From a virus, in IMG/VR virus record IMGVR_UViG_3300023180_000036, positions 1 through 64,000 of that record: a stretch of DNA of 64,000 nt. One strand, 5' to 3'. Made by a program: the position numbers and the translations under genes. Below, piece after piece: positions 40,201 through 48,933 of the stretch (the first letter of the stretch is position 1; every line of letters starts with the position of its first letter). The notes beneath the pieces were generated by a model. It worked only from the letters and a program-made list of their open reading frames with translations. It did not search any database and was not told the origin of the DNA.

Positions 40201-40552
40201 AAATTTAAACGGAACCCTTGCTAATACATTTACGGTAAGTGCAGCAGGTGCTGTTGTTGCAGCTGATGATATATCAGCATTTTCAGATGAAAGATTGAAG
40301 ACCGATGTTAAAACCATAGATAATGCATTATATCTTGTTAATAAATTAAGAGGTGTTTCATTTACTAAAAATAAAAAGAGTGGAATAGGCGTTATTGCTC
40401 AAGAGATAGAAAAAATAATACCTGAAGTTGTAAATACGGCAGAAGACGAAATGGGTACTAAATCTGTTGCTTATGGTAATTTAGTAGGTGTTCTTATTGA
40501 AGCTATAAAAGAACTTTCTGAAAAAGTTGAAAAACTTGAAAGGAAAATATAA
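34286..40552 (+). CDS. 2088-aa fibre protein with an ILEI-like domain and a C-terminal S74 chaperone
   Basis: GRGLNL..TYDTHG (ILEI-like), DDLSDV/GQALVWDG repeats, SDERLK...GVIAQE S74 domain. Confidence 0.8.
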   Translation: MYDLITYTTNKGQSGTLDPSSSPSIITRTIDFDTVWIDLSVDLEQSPNPEYIRGWFFELNELPGYSFYPNSSAIQTGLNPPEKRIFTSNQKIRLYIDLNTMLQLDGLRPHDFVLSTVVATSEENLKRGNWIETNRSDLFFTIYANGNPPVEFLDVLPETLFESDFGEPTRSLTIDSAYINGMRVDSAHIRHLAYVNLLEGDSAYFTNVTTNKILTDLLSANINSDISILSNLNIDSNKIIGIGSENSGNVLDLDYDEPTDRNNSIALTSVQSIHNFLDVNNSEDSNYWALYNNLNAYSDSINRNNAIFLIDEDGTVTAKAINVNQYILDSDGLKWSNDSNARIYYDSNLKLWKIEPGLFEIVDSEQIIENNPLLSIISTGRDGQFLSFAESAESYYLDYALKTGRFIIDEQTLAEEKDYIPDTELESMDSNAKYIYYDRFSRFSHLYDQGVTFPLTDSDAQLLDSDAQVLRYDETTNSIYGDFATTAFSGIISPKRYDTYRVKATFNSTTPTDFPIFLVVAQLKIRGKEYTISAFRRPKGTLQTYGDYLETGQIITEPPSWGLVYNFGQKDAYYFDFDWVSRGSAPAPVTPNFEGESTSDWVSSGQTTVFAEKVGNVISVVTNQFGDTNIENFEFRTGIELDIEKAIANGKTFLAPFLNAETSYGFGVKGQSGVIISDIAFETEDPEKYIFDLKNDIVYTYISERNLTEGNYPTVPVLVENAGYYALDSSVGVSDIMKTGRFFYNERTKTLFWKDPDNTYKLIQEVDLNRDFLGKYIELRGTGLNNNSPAYLYINNEPDYFEFDENPIFLNGYHGHGRGLNLTIFGNDGTKISSNTYDTHGDSANSTLLADAINNMSNGQIGAITSYDAWISNVNDKLKTAALSQGLMKFYNAPKFPIRNPYAAVFQKTGSETPRSHETTSGDSSLSPHADLSFHITRGTFHTYGPEQPNSLSAWNGKKEAWIDENHNTKINQTLMLTEGRRKGMAFEETSFTSTGINEDSARIYLTSEEDSQRTLVIRVGDDLNDKIAFEVPDIDGVLQNGFINFHRGNLHIVYDQTPQLGGDLDVQDFRIYKDSLAFELFDLGYSLGKGDNSIATASRQSIFNFIDKNDNETDNFFGIFSNKEPLIEATTVNDAIFAVMEDGSVIFNFANAGTGPTEIGGSTGRQTGLTTDDVPEGPSGLNLYFDSARVFLALKYENNNANTSYDANGGGIGNITVDQANKTLKFDGITNTDGLPEGSTNLYFTDERAQDAVGSIMSGDDDISVVYDDGANTIAITSTLTQETVFGLQSKYSLTSAGGGALGQVKLNIDSNGIQRSEIVNIRGTNGINVSGDSNYITVDASDLVKNYNILSDNLSNGAELILRETDINNNATDDQVAFIGTEGISISQTNGNSITISGIDLQAVSRITATENGNQKFITLIDSSPVAGVTTTNLLVTGANGLEVDVDSNGAGTTTLDFSAAALQITSTLQADSYEKIIFTETDADGNTSSQFIRFVGDGGMSITSRGPQGTDDGQITISAASMHHPNTTYVTNFATPILNPTNIVDFNLIHEGPDSGENTTLKIKSKDGILVEESNGELVIGAIVQIEQINNETISFETNGDSGISFGSTTSFTTNSSTSETIQVNHGATGSGTTVATNNSGQTVIQNITVDKFGHIQSTSNATVAGQYLMSATDANNDPVIRLDTQANGQSGSAEDVIIEGQGAVKISVGTGGTDKIIIRVDSSDFANIAFNDLTDGNSTNTSNSNTGHDVTLGNLNHVGHVPAWDGTNFTTRKLAFNGHDITDLDVGGVAFEEVLAWVGPNYPVGGGQNAWRNAALSDLLDIPSSIDDLSDVDTTTTAPTNGQALVWDGSNFVPGDVAASLAMNDLTDVSTSSITDGQVLIYQSSSSSFIPGDAGNTYTAGDGLDLSVSNEFSLDIKANMGLVIDNTELSIDTTVKTDNIQAQTASSSVTLSNSGGNTKLEITNDGGLNLNGTLANTFTVSAAGAVVAADDISAFSDERLKTDVKTIDNALYLVNKLRGVSFTKNKKSGIGVIAQEIEKIIPEVVNTAEDEMGTKSVAYGNLVGVLIEAIKELSEKVEKLERKI

Positions 40553-41781
40553 TGCCATTTGTGCCAAGTACAGGAACACTATCATTTAATAATGACATAG
40601 AAGCTGTTTTTGAAGATCAGTCTCCGCCTACAATGAGTTTATCTGAATACTATAGAAATGGAACAAATGTTCAAACTGCTGTCACAGCAGGAAACGTTGA
40701 TACTAATACTGTAGTTACATCCGGTATTCCTACATCTGGTACAATTAGTTTTAGTGATTTTAGAAATCAAGGTTATGATCTACTAGTACAATCTGCTATT
40801 TATGATAGAAATAATACAAATATCACTCTGGGAACAGAGTTTACTTTTACCGTTCCTTCAGGAGTAACAGAAATATCTGCATTTTGTGTAGGAGCAGGTG
40901 GCGGCGGTGGAGGTAATGATGGTGTTTCTGGTCCAACATCTTCTGGAGGCGGCGGTGGAGGTGCTGTATGGGGACATTGGACAGTCTCGCCTGGTTCAGT
41001 TTTTTATTGTAATGTAGGCGTAGGCGGCTATGGAGGTTCTACTTCGCCAGGTATATCTAATGGAGGTAATGGAGGAGATACTTATATAAGACAAGGCACA
41101 ACATACTTTTTAAGAGCATATGGTGGTGATGGCGGAATAACAAATTATGGATCAAATAATGTTATTAGTTATACCGGAGGTTCTGGAGGTTCATATACCG
41201 GAACACAACAAGGTGGTGGTGGTGTTGGGGGTGACGGAGGTGATGGTGTTTCTAACTCTGGCGGCGGCGGAGGTGGTGGTGCTGGTGGTTATGGTGGAGC
41301 AGGTTCGGGCACGGGAGGTGACGGACAAGCAGGTTTTGCAACTAGTACTACTCAAACAGATGGTGTAGGTGGCGCTGGTGCTGGAGGAGAACAGAGTAAT
41401 AGTGGTTATGTAAGGGTTGTTTCAAGTGGTGGTGCTGTTGGTATATTTGGACAAGGTAATAGTGGATCAACAACCGGAAGTACTGATCCAAGAGTTTCAT
41501 CTAGTAGACATGGATCTACATATTCAGCTGGATTTCCAGGTAATGTTTTAGTACCAGCTTCTGGTCTCGGATCTATTACCGTTGCAACAGGTCGTTCAAT
41601 TACTAACAATTCAGGAAAAGCAGCATCACCTGGTGCAGGCGGCGGTGGTCTTGAAGATGATACGTTAGGACTTGGCCAAGAGGGTGGAGATGGTGCTATA
41701 AGAATTGTTTGGGGTTATCAATCAGATGGTACTACACAAAGAAGATATCCTTCAGCTTTTGCTGTAGCAGGTGATTACTAA
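40552..41781 (+). CDS. Glycine-rich fibre-tip/adhesin-like protein
   Basis: FTVPSGVTEI..VGAGGGG, polyglycine runs, GGDGAIRIVW. Confidence 0.75.
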   Translation: MPFVPSTGTLSFNNDIEAVFEDQSPPTMSLSEYYRNGTNVQTAVTAGNVDTNTVVTSGIPTSGTISFSDFRNQGYDLLVQSAIYDRNNTNITLGTEFTFTVPSGVTEISAFCVGAGGGGGGNDGVSGPTSSGGGGGGAVWGHWTVSPGSVFYCNVGVGGYGGSTSPGISNGGNGGDTYIRQGTTYFLRAYGGDGGITNYGSNNVISYTGGSGGSYTGTQQGGGGVGGDGGDGVSNSGGGGGGGAGGYGGAGSGTGGDGQAGFATSTTQTDGVGGAGAGGEQSNSGYVRVVSSGGAVGIFGQGNSGSTTGSTDPRVSSSRHGSTYSAGFPGNVLVPASGLGSITVATGRSITNNSGKAASPGAGGGGLEDDTLGLGQEGGDGAIRIVWGYQSDGTTQRRYPSAFAVAGDY

Positions 41782-41804
41782 ATAAAAGTCAAAAACCTAA
41801 TTTA

Positions 41805-41812
41805 TATAAATA
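41805..41812 (+). promoter_or_regulatory. T4 late promoter
   Basis: TATAAATA upstream of the prohead core genes. Confidence 0.8.
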
Positions 41813-41835
41813 ATCTAAAATATGGAGAAATAATT

Positions 41836-42144
41836 ATGAATGATGAATTAAATACAGAAGATGATGAAATTGAAACCATTGATACAACAGCAGAAGAAGA
41901 TATTAATACAGAAGAAGAATCTGAAATAGATCCTATAGAAGCAATGATATCAGCTATTGAAGATAAGGATTTTATTAGTTCTTCAAATATTTTTAATGAT
42001 CTAGTTTCTAGTAAAATGACAGATGCAATTGATAATAAAAGAATAGAAATAGCAGATAGAATTTATAATAATGCACCTGAAGAAATTGATACAGAAGTAG
42101 ATATGGAAATAGATAACGAAGTAGAAGAAGATGAAGTCGTTTAA
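41836..42144 (+). CDS. Acidic prohead core protein (gp67-like)
   Basis: Very acidic; syntenic position. Confidence 0.6.
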   Translation: MNDELNTEDDEIETIDTTAEEDINTEEESEIDPIEAMISAIEDKDFISSSNIFNDLVSSKMTDAIDNKRIEIADRIYNNAPEEIDTEVDMEIDNEVEEDEVV

Positions 42145-42325
42145 ACAATTAAAAGCCAATTTAGAAGAATCTAAAAAAATGAAAGTTAAAGGAATCTCTA
42201 TAGAGATTGTTAAGGCTGGAAATAAATTTAAGGCTATGGTAGACGGAGATCATCTCGATACTTATGCTTCGGAAAAAGAAGCTGAAAAAATGGCGAAGGA
42301 ATTCGTCAAGCAATATAAAGGATAG
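42131..42325 (+). CDS. Small prohead core protein (gp68 position)
   Basis: MKSFKQL N-terminus; synteny before gp21. Confidence 0.55.
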   Translation: MKSFKQLKANLEESKKMKVKGISIEIVKAGNKFKAMVDGDHLDTYASEKEAEKMAKEFVKQYKG

Positions 42326-42329
42326 AACT

Positions 42330-43025
42330 ATGAAGCTTATTGCGGAATATAACGATCATCAATTATCTTATATTACTGAGGATACAGAATCAGGAAAGAA
42401 AAACTATGTGATTGAAGGTATCTTCGCACAAGCTGAAAGTAAGAATAGAAACGGCAGAATATATCCAAGAGAAATTTTGGAGTCTGCTGTACATAAATTT
42501 GCAACTGAACAGGTTGCAACTAAGAGAGCAGTTGGAGAACTGAATCATCCAGATGGTCCAACTGTTAACTTAGATAAGGTTTCACATCGCATCACCGAAC
42601 TTAATTGGGACGGTAATAATGTGATGGGAAAGGCGCTTATATTAGATACTCCAATGGGAAACATTGTAAAAGGTCTCCTCGATGGTGGTGTTCAACTAGG
42701 CGTTTCAACTCGTGGTATGGGAAGTCTTGAGAATCGTAATGGGACAATGTATGTTAAAGAAGATTTTCATTTAGCAACTGTCGACATTGTACAAGATCCA
42801 TCTGCTCCGCAAGCATTCGTTAATGGGATAATGGAAGGCGTAGAGTGGGTTTGGAACAATGGTGTGATTCAACCTCAGCACCTTATTGAAGAGGATGTTG
42901 AAGAAATTGAAGAAGAAACTCAGGATATTGAAGAAATTGAGACTGAAATTAGAAAAGCTCCGCGTGCTGACTTGCATTTAGTACAGGAACGTGAGTTTAA
43001 GAATTTCCTCTCGTTGCTCAAATAA
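42330..43025 (+). CDS. gp21: Prohead protease
   Basis: NRNGRIYP, GELNHP, GVSTRGMGS and DPSAP; likely start MKLIAE. Confidence 0.95.
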   Translation: MKLIAEYNDHQLSYITEDTESGKKNYVIEGIFAQAESKNRNGRIYPREILESAVHKFATEQVATKRAVGELNHPDGPTVNLDKVSHRITELNWDGNNVMGKALILDTPMGNIVKGLLDGGVQLGVSTRGMGSLENRNGTMYVKEDFHLATVDIVQDPSAPQAFVNGIMEGVEWVWNNGVIQPQHLIEEDVEEIEEETQDIEEIETEIRKAPRADLHLVQEREFKNFLSLLK

Positions 43026-43039
43026 AAGAGGAGTCAAAC

Positions 43040-44122
43040 ATGACTGATCAAGTAAAAGACCAGGATATTGAACTCGATGAAGCAGCGGAAGTTGTGGATG
43101 AGGCTCATGATCCTAAGAATGCAGAAGCTCAATCTGTTGCATCAGTAGATGCTGCAGGTGATGCGACTAAAGCTGCTCCAAAACGGAAAGGCGACAAGTC
43201 AAACTCAGAGCCAATGCCAAAAACAAAAGCCGGCATGGTTAACGCCATGTATAATAAAATGAATAAGATGAAGAAAGAAGATCTGCAAGCATCTTATAAA
43301 AGCATGATGGGTGAAGAAATTGAACTCGAAGATGAGATCATTACTTCAGACCATTCACAGGATCTGGAAGCGTTGATTGCAAACGAAGAAGGATTGGCTG
43401 AAGGCTTTAAACATAAAGCTGCTACTATTTTTGAAGCTGCTGTTAATTCTAAAGTACAAGAGTATGTTTCTGTTAAACAAGCAGAGATGGATGCTCAAAT
43501 GGCGGAAAGAGTTGCTGCACTTGAAGAACAAATGGCAGTTGAAATCGAAGAAGGTCTCAACGAAACACGTGGAGAGCTTGTTGAAAAAATCGACAGCTAT
43601 CTAAACTACGTTGTTGAAACTTGGATGGAAGAAAACAAGCTGGCTGTAGAAAAAGGCTTGAGAACTGAAATTGCAGAAACATTCATGAACAATCTGAAAG
43701 AACTGTTTACTGAATCTTATATTGAAGTTCCAGAATCCAAAATCGATCTAGTGGACGATCTTGTAGAACAAGTTGAAGAACTTGAAAAGCAATTGAATTC
43801 ACAGACCGAGAAAAACATTTCAATGTCAGAATCTGTAAAATCAATGAAGAAAGAAATTTGCATCCGCGAAGCTTCAAAAGATTTAGCAGAAACACAAGTT
43901 GAAAAGCTTAGAAATCTAGCTGAAAGCGTTGACTTTGATAACGAAGAAGATTTTATTTCAAAAATTGCAACACTTAAAGAATCATACTTTGGTCAAAAAT
44001 CTACAAAGCCTGTAGATACACCAGTAGAAATGGTTAATGAAACTGTTGAAGAAGAAGAAATAGATGAAACTGAAATTTCAAGTAACATGAGTAGATACTT
44101 ATCAGCTTTGAGAACACAATAA
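43040..44122 (+). CDS. gp22: Prohead scaffold protein
   Basis: KAATIFEAAV and YLNYVVETWM. Confidence 0.93.
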   Translation: MTDQVKDQDIELDEAAEVVDEAHDPKNAEAQSVASVDAAGDATKAAPKRKGDKSNSEPMPKTKAGMVNAMYNKMNKMKKEDLQASYKSMMGEEIELEDEIITSDHSQDLEALIANEEGLAEGFKHKAATIFEAAVNSKVQEYVSVKQAEMDAQMAERVAALEEQMAVEIEEGLNETRGELVEKIDSYLNYVVETWMEENKLAVEKGLRTEIAETFMNNLKELFTESYIEVPESKIDLVDDLVEQVEELEKQLNSQTEKNISMSESVKSMKKEICIREASKDLAETQVEKLRNLAESVDFDNEEDFISKIATLKESYFGQKSTKPVDTPVEMVNETVEEEEIDETEISSNMSRYLSALRTQ

Positions 44123-44141
44123 TTTAAGGGGACAAAAGAAA

Positions 44142-45470
44142 ATGTCTAATACATATAAAAATCTCACGGAGAAATGGGCACCAGTGCTCAATGAAGAATC
44201 AGCAGGTAGAATTGATGATTCTTACAGAAGATCAGTAACAGCTGTTGTTCTTGAAAACCAAGAAAAAGCTCTTGCTGAGCAACGTCAAGCTGAAGCTGGT
44301 TTCTTGGCAGAATCACCAGGAAACAATACTGGTTCAGTAGGTAACTGGGATCCAATCCTTATTTCTCTTGTACGTCGTGCAATGCCAAATATGATGGCAT
44401 ATGATGTATGTGGTGTTCAGCCAATGACGGGCCCAACTGGTCTGATCTTCGCAATGAAGTCACGCTATGGTGCTGGTTCAACAAGTTCAACTGAAGCACT
44501 CTTTAATGAAGCAGATACTACTTTCAGTGGTGATTCTTCAGCAACTCAAGGTTCAGCTGGACCATCAGGTCTTTCTGGTGTAACAGATGCTGGTGCAGAT
44601 AGTACACTAGATAACGACCGTGTAACCAATGGCTTTGGCGGTGGTATGCCAACAGCAGACGGCGAAGGACTTGGAACAACTAATCCTAACTTCAACGAAA
44701 TGGGTTTCACCATTGAAAAAGCAACTGTTTCAGCGAAAACACGTGCGTTGAAAGCAGAGTACAGCCTTGAGCTTGCACAAGACTTGAAAGCGATTCATGG
44801 TCTTGATGCAGAATCAGAGCTGGCAAATATTCTGTCAACTGAAATTCTTGCGGAAATTAACCGTGAAGTAATTCGCACAATCAACTCACAAGCTAAAACT
44901 GGTGCTTCTACATCACAAACTGCACTTAACGGCGTATTCGATCTTGCAAATGATGCAGACGGTCGTTGGTCAGTAGAGAAGTTCAAAGGTCTTATGGTAC
45001 AAATCGAGCGTGAAGCAAATACTATTGCTAAAGAAACTCGGAGAGGCCGTGGTAACTTCATCATTACATCTTCAGACGTAGCTTCTTGCTTGTCAGCAAC
45101 AGGTATGCTTGACTATGCTCCGGCAATGTCAACAAACCTGAACGTAGATGACACAGGAAACACATTTGCAGGTGTTCTTAACGGACGTACTCGTGTATAT
45201 ATCGACCCATATGCAACAACCGACTATGTAACCGTAGGTTATAAAGGTACTAATGCTTATGATGCCGGTGTATTCTATTGCCCATATGTACCGCTTACAA
45301 TGGTACGTGCAGTGGGTGAAAATGACTTCCAGCCAAAAATCGGGTTTAAAACTCGTTACGGCATGGTATCAAACCCATTTGTTGGTTTAACACCTTCAAA
45401 TGGTCTTGCTGCAGCGAAGTCTAACCAGTACTACCGCATCTTCCGCGTGGATAACATCCTTAACGCATAA
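44142..45470 (+). CDS. gp23: Major capsid protein
   Basis: GVQPMTGPTGLIFAM, ELAQDLKAIHGLDA and FQPKIGFKTRYG. Confidence 0.98.
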   Translation: MSNTYKNLTEKWAPVLNEESAGRIDDSYRRSVTAVVLENQEKALAEQRQAEAGFLAESPGNNTGSVGNWDPILISLVRRAMPNMMAYDVCGVQPMTGPTGLIFAMKSRYGAGSTSSTEALFNEADTTFSGDSSATQGSAGPSGLSGVTDAGADSTLDNDRVTNGFGGGMPTADGEGLGTTNPNFNEMGFTIEKATVSAKTRALKAEYSLELAQDLKAIHGLDAESELANILSTEILAEINREVIRTINSQAKTGASTSQTALNGVFDLANDADGRWSVEKFKGLMVQIEREANTIAKETRRGRGNFIITSSDVASCLSATGMLDYAPAMSTNLNVDDTGNTFAGVLNGRTRVYIDPYATTDYVTVGYKGTNAYDAGVFYCPYVPLTMVRAVGENDFQPKIGFKTRYGMVSNPFVGLTPSNGLAAAKSNQYYRIFRVDNILNA

Positions 45471-45486
45471 GATTATTAATAAAAAA

Positions 45487-45535
45487 GGGAGGGGTTTAAC
45501 CCTCCCAACTAAGCTCCATTCGTGGGGCTTTTTTT
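45487..45535 (+). terminator. Tandem hairpins and rho-independent terminator after gp23
   Basis: GGGAGGG/CCCTCCC hairpin, then AAGCTCCA-TTCG-TGGGGCTT followed by a T-run. Confidence 0.8.
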
Positions 45536-45872
45536 ATGATATCTTCTTTAACCAGTCTGACATAATCTTTTCTGCCCACTTAGGATTTTTATTTTCTAAA
45601 ATTTTAAGAGGTGAGCCATTGATACCGTCTTGTTTACGTGCTTCAACATATTCTTCAACAGTAAATGATTTACAAAGTTCTTTTACAAATTTTGCTTTTG
45701 TAATTGGCCCTTTATATTTGAACCGAGCAATAAATAGTTCTTTTGGCATACCTACACGTGATGGGTGGCAGTTAGGAACAACTTGATCCCAGGTAGGTTG
45801 ACCTTCATATGTACCTGTGTATTCAAGATACCCACCGTAATATGTAAACTTTGATTTATCAAACTGTGTCAT
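45534..45872 (-). CDS. Hypothetical early protein on the opposite strand
   Basis: GGAG RBS; own promoter at 45901-45929. Confidence 0.7.
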   Translation of the reverse strand: MTQFDKSKFTYYGGYLEYTGTYEGQPTWDQVVPNCHPSRVGMPKELFIARFKYKGPITKAKFVKELCKSFTVEEYVEARKQDGINGSPLKILENKNPKWAEKIMSDWLKKIS

Positions 45873-45900
45873 TAGTTTCTCCGATTCTATTTACTCTTAC

Positions 45901-45929
45901 AAGATATACTAAAAATTGGTATTTGTAAA
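45901..45929 (-). promoter_or_regulatory. Early promoter
   Basis: Minus strand ATTTTAGGGGTTTACA-17 nt-TATCTT. Confidence 0.65.
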
Positions 45930-45985
45930 CCCCTAAAATACACTTTTTATTAATATAAATAGATATAACTTCAACGGAGATTGAT

Positions 45986-46483
45986 ATGGCTGATCTTACT
46001 GAAAATTTTAATTTTCTACAACCTAGCAACTTTAAAGTTGTTATTGACAGAAAAAATTATGGTAATTTGGAATTTTTTGCACAAAGAGTTGTACATCCTG
46101 GGGTAAATGTTACGGCTCCTATAGTACCTTATAGCCGTTTGCAAAGTATTTCTATACCCGGAGATACTCTTGGTGTTGATGATTTAGCATTTGATGTTCT
46201 TGTAGATGAAAATATGACAAGTTATACAGAAGTTTATAATTGGTTAGAAAGTCTTGTTGTGACTCCTACAAGAAGTCGAGATAAAATTTTAGCTGAAGAT
46301 CAAAATGTGGTAGATATAACACTTTCTATATTAAGCAGTCATAATAATGTAATTAAAAAAATTAGATATATAGATTGTGTAGTAACAAATATAGGAACTC
46401 TTTTATTGGAAGCAGCCGCTACTGAAACACCAGTGGTTACATTTCCAGTAAACTTCAAAGTATCATATTTTGAATTAGTATAG
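45986..46483 (+). CDS. gp3: Tail tube terminator/completion protein
   Basis: NFLQPSNF and LVDENMTSYTEVYNWL; late promoter at 45954. Confidence 0.85.
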   Translation: MADLTENFNFLQPSNFKVVIDRKNYGNLEFFAQRVVHPGVNVTAPIVPYSRLQSISIPGDTLGVDDLAFDVLVDENMTSYTEVYNWLESLVVTPTRSRDKILAEDQNVVDITLSILSSHNNVIKKIRYIDCVVTNIGTLLLEAAATETPVVTFPVNFKVSYFELV

Positions 46484-46504
46484 ATACTATTAATAAAATT
46501 TATT

Positions 46505-46966
46505 ATGGAGACATATGTGTTGAATCTTGAAAACATACTTAATGAATGGTCAAAAGATAGTGAAATAGATGAACACCACTTAGATAGATCATCTATACAA
46601 ATAGCAAAACTTCATTCAAAATATTTACAGTATCTTTCAATAGCAAAATTACAATTGAAAAAAACTGAACTAAATCAAAAAATTCTACTTAAAGATAAAT
46701 GGCTTTATTATACAAATAAAATGTCACAAGAAGAAATGGATGAAAGAGGTTGGGATTATGATCCATATAATGGTGTTAAAGTTATGAAAGGTGATATGAA
46801 TCACATTTATGATTCAGATATAGATATACAAGCAAGTGAAGAAAAGATTACTTATTATAAAACTTTAGTTGAAACTTTAACAGAAATTGTTTCTAATATT
46901 AATTGGAAACACCAGACAATAAGTAATATTATAAAATGGAAACAATTTGAAGCTGGTGGTTTTTAG
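46505..46966 (+). CDS. uvsY: Recombination mediator UvsY
   Basis: KLHSKYL and I.NII.WKQFEAG; synteny. Confidence 0.88.
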   Translation: METYVLNLENILNEWSKDSEIDEHHLDRSSIQIAKLHSKYLQYLSIAKLQLKKTELNQKILLKDKWLYYTNKMSQEEMDERGWDYDPYNGVKVMKGDMNHIYDSDIDIQASEEKITYYKTLVETLTEIVSNINWKHQTISNIIKWKQFEAGGF

Positions 46967-48474
46967 TGGATATAGTTAAAATACAAAAGAAAGATCATGC
47001 AAATATGATTATTGGATGTGATTGGGGTATTGCTCAAGAATTATCTGATTATTTTTCTTTCTTTGTTCCTGGTTATAAATTTATGCCTTTATATAAAAAT
47101 AAGGTATGGGACGGCAAAATAAGATTATTTAATGTAAATAATTGTGAACTTTCTTGTGGTCTTATATCTTATGTAAAAGATTTTTGTGAAAAAAGAAATT
47201 ATCAATTAGAATATGAAGAAAGCCAATTTGGATTACCTGAATCATATAATGAAATAAATCCAAATGATATAATGAATTTTATAAAAAATCTTAATCTAAA
47301 AAGTAAAGGTGAATCTATTTCTATTAGAGATTACCAATTTAATGCAATATGCGAAGGATTAAAAAGAAAAAGATCAATACTTTTATCTCCTACAGGATCT
47401 GGAAAATCTTTAATTTTATATTGTTTATCTAAATATTGGTTACAAATGCTAACAGATGGTTGGAAATATCCAAGAGCGGGAAGAGTATTAATCATTGTTC
47501 CGACAACATCTTTAGTAGAACAAATGTATGGTGATTTTATAGATTATGGACAAAAACCAGAAGGTATGCATAAAATATACTCTGGTAAAGATAAAGATTT
47601 TGAAAGTGCTATTTGTATAAGTACATGGCAATCAATATATAAAATGCCAGCTGCCTGGTTTGATCAGTTTGGTATGGTTTTAGGAGATGAATGTCATGGA
47701 TTTAAATCAAAATCTCTTACAAATATAATGAATAAATGTAGACTTGCTGAATATAGATTTGGTACTACAGGCACATTAGATGGAACACAAACTCATCAAC
47801 TTGTATTAGAAGGTCTTTTTGGCAAGGTAATGAAAGTTACTACAACCAAGACTCTACAAGATAATCAGACACTTGCAGATTTAGAAATTTTTATGATACA
47901 ACTTCAGTATAGCGAAGAAATTAAAAAACAAATAGTAGGATTACAATATCAAGATGAAATAGACTATATTGTTAAATATGAACAAAGAAATAAGTTTATA
48001 AGGAATCTTGCTTTAGATCAAAAAGGTAATACATTAGTTTTATTTCAGTTTGTTGAAAAACATGGAAAACCTCTTTTTGATTTAATAAATACTAAAGCTA
48101 AAGAAGGTAGAAAAGTATTTTTTGTAAGTGGTGCTACTGAAACTTCTGATAGAGAAGCTATTAGAAAAATAACAGAAGGACAAAAAGATGCTATCATTGT
48201 TGCTAGTCTTGGTACTTTTAGTACTGGCATTAACATACGGAATTTGCACAATATTATTTTTGCAAGTCCTTCAAAGTCACAAATCAAGGTCCTACAGTCT
48301 ATTGGTAGGGGACTTCGGAAATCGGAAGATGGATCAAATACTAGACTCTATGATATAGCTGACGATTTTAAATATAAATCGAGAAAAAATTATGCACTTT
48401 TGCATAGCGAAGAAAGATTAAAAATTTATAAAAAAGAAAAATTTAATTTTAAATTCTATAAGGTTCCAATATGA
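46966..48474 (+). CDS. uvsW: UvsW helicase
   Basis: SPTGSGKS, DECH and LQSIGRGLR. Confidence 0.95.
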   Translation: MDIVKIQKKDHANMIIGCDWGIAQELSDYFSFFVPGYKFMPLYKNKVWDGKIRLFNVNNCELSCGLISYVKDFCEKRNYQLEYEESQFGLPESYNEINPNDIMNFIKNLNLKSKGESISIRDYQFNAICEGLKRKRSILLSPTGSGKSLILYCLSKYWLQMLTDGWKYPRAGRVLIIVPTTSLVEQMYGDFIDYGQKPEGMHKIYSGKDKDFESAICISTWQSIYKMPAAWFDQFGMVLGDECHGFKSKSLTNIMNKCRLAEYRFGTTGTLDGTQTHQLVLEGLFGKVMKVTTTKTLQDNQTLADLEIFMIQLQYSEEIKKQIVGLQYQDEIDYIVKYEQRNKFIRNLALDQKGNTLVLFQFVEKHGKPLFDLINTKAKEGRKVFFVSGATETSDREAIRKITEGQKDAIIVASLGTFSTGINIRNLHNIIFASPSKSQIKVLQSIGRGLRKSEDGSNTRLYDIADDFKYKSRKNYALLHSEERLKIYKKEKFNFKFYKVPI

Positions 48475-48893
48475 TTGACATAAACAACGTTAAACAAATA
48501 AAACTTTCAGATGGTTCGGAAATTATTTGCGAAATAATGGAAGAACTCGAAGAAGATATTGTTGTTCGCTGTGCTTTTAGAATAGCAAGAATTGATTTAG
48601 ATGTAGAAAGAAGTTATTATATGTTTAAACCTTGGATGACATATGTAGAAGAACCTGATCATTTCGTAACAATTAATTTATATCATTTACTTGCCGCTAC
48701 AATTCCATCCAAAGAAATTTTAGAACAATATGAAAATGCTATAGAAAAAATTAATGAAGCACGAAATGAAAAACAAGATAATATAATCCAAGCTTCAACT
48801 AAAGAAGTAAAAGATCAGATTACAGTAAAACACGATTCAGAATCTGATAATGTATTAAAATTCAATTTTGTGGATAAAACTAAATTACATTAG
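48471..48893 (+). CDS. Conserved T4-like hypothetical protein downstream of uvsW
   Basis: QIKLSDGSEIIC and FKPWM. Confidence 0.65.
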   Translation: MIDINNVKQIKLSDGSEIICEIMEELEEDIVVRCAFRIARIDLDVERSYYMFKPWMTYVEEPDHFVTINLYHLLAATIPSKEILEQYENAIEKINEARNEKQDNIIQASTKEVKDQITVKHDSESDNVLKFNFVDKTKLH

Positions 48894-48895
48894 TA

Positions 48896-48933
48896 TTCCC
48901 TATCCTCAACTAAGTACTCTTTTATTATATACT
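48896..48933. repeat. 38-bp exact repeat, copy 2
   Basis: Identical to 135-172. Confidence 0.95.

Noticed and set aside
40890-41400. GGT/GGC-rich low-complexity DNA
   Set aside because: Explained by polyglycine coding in the adhesin-like gene.
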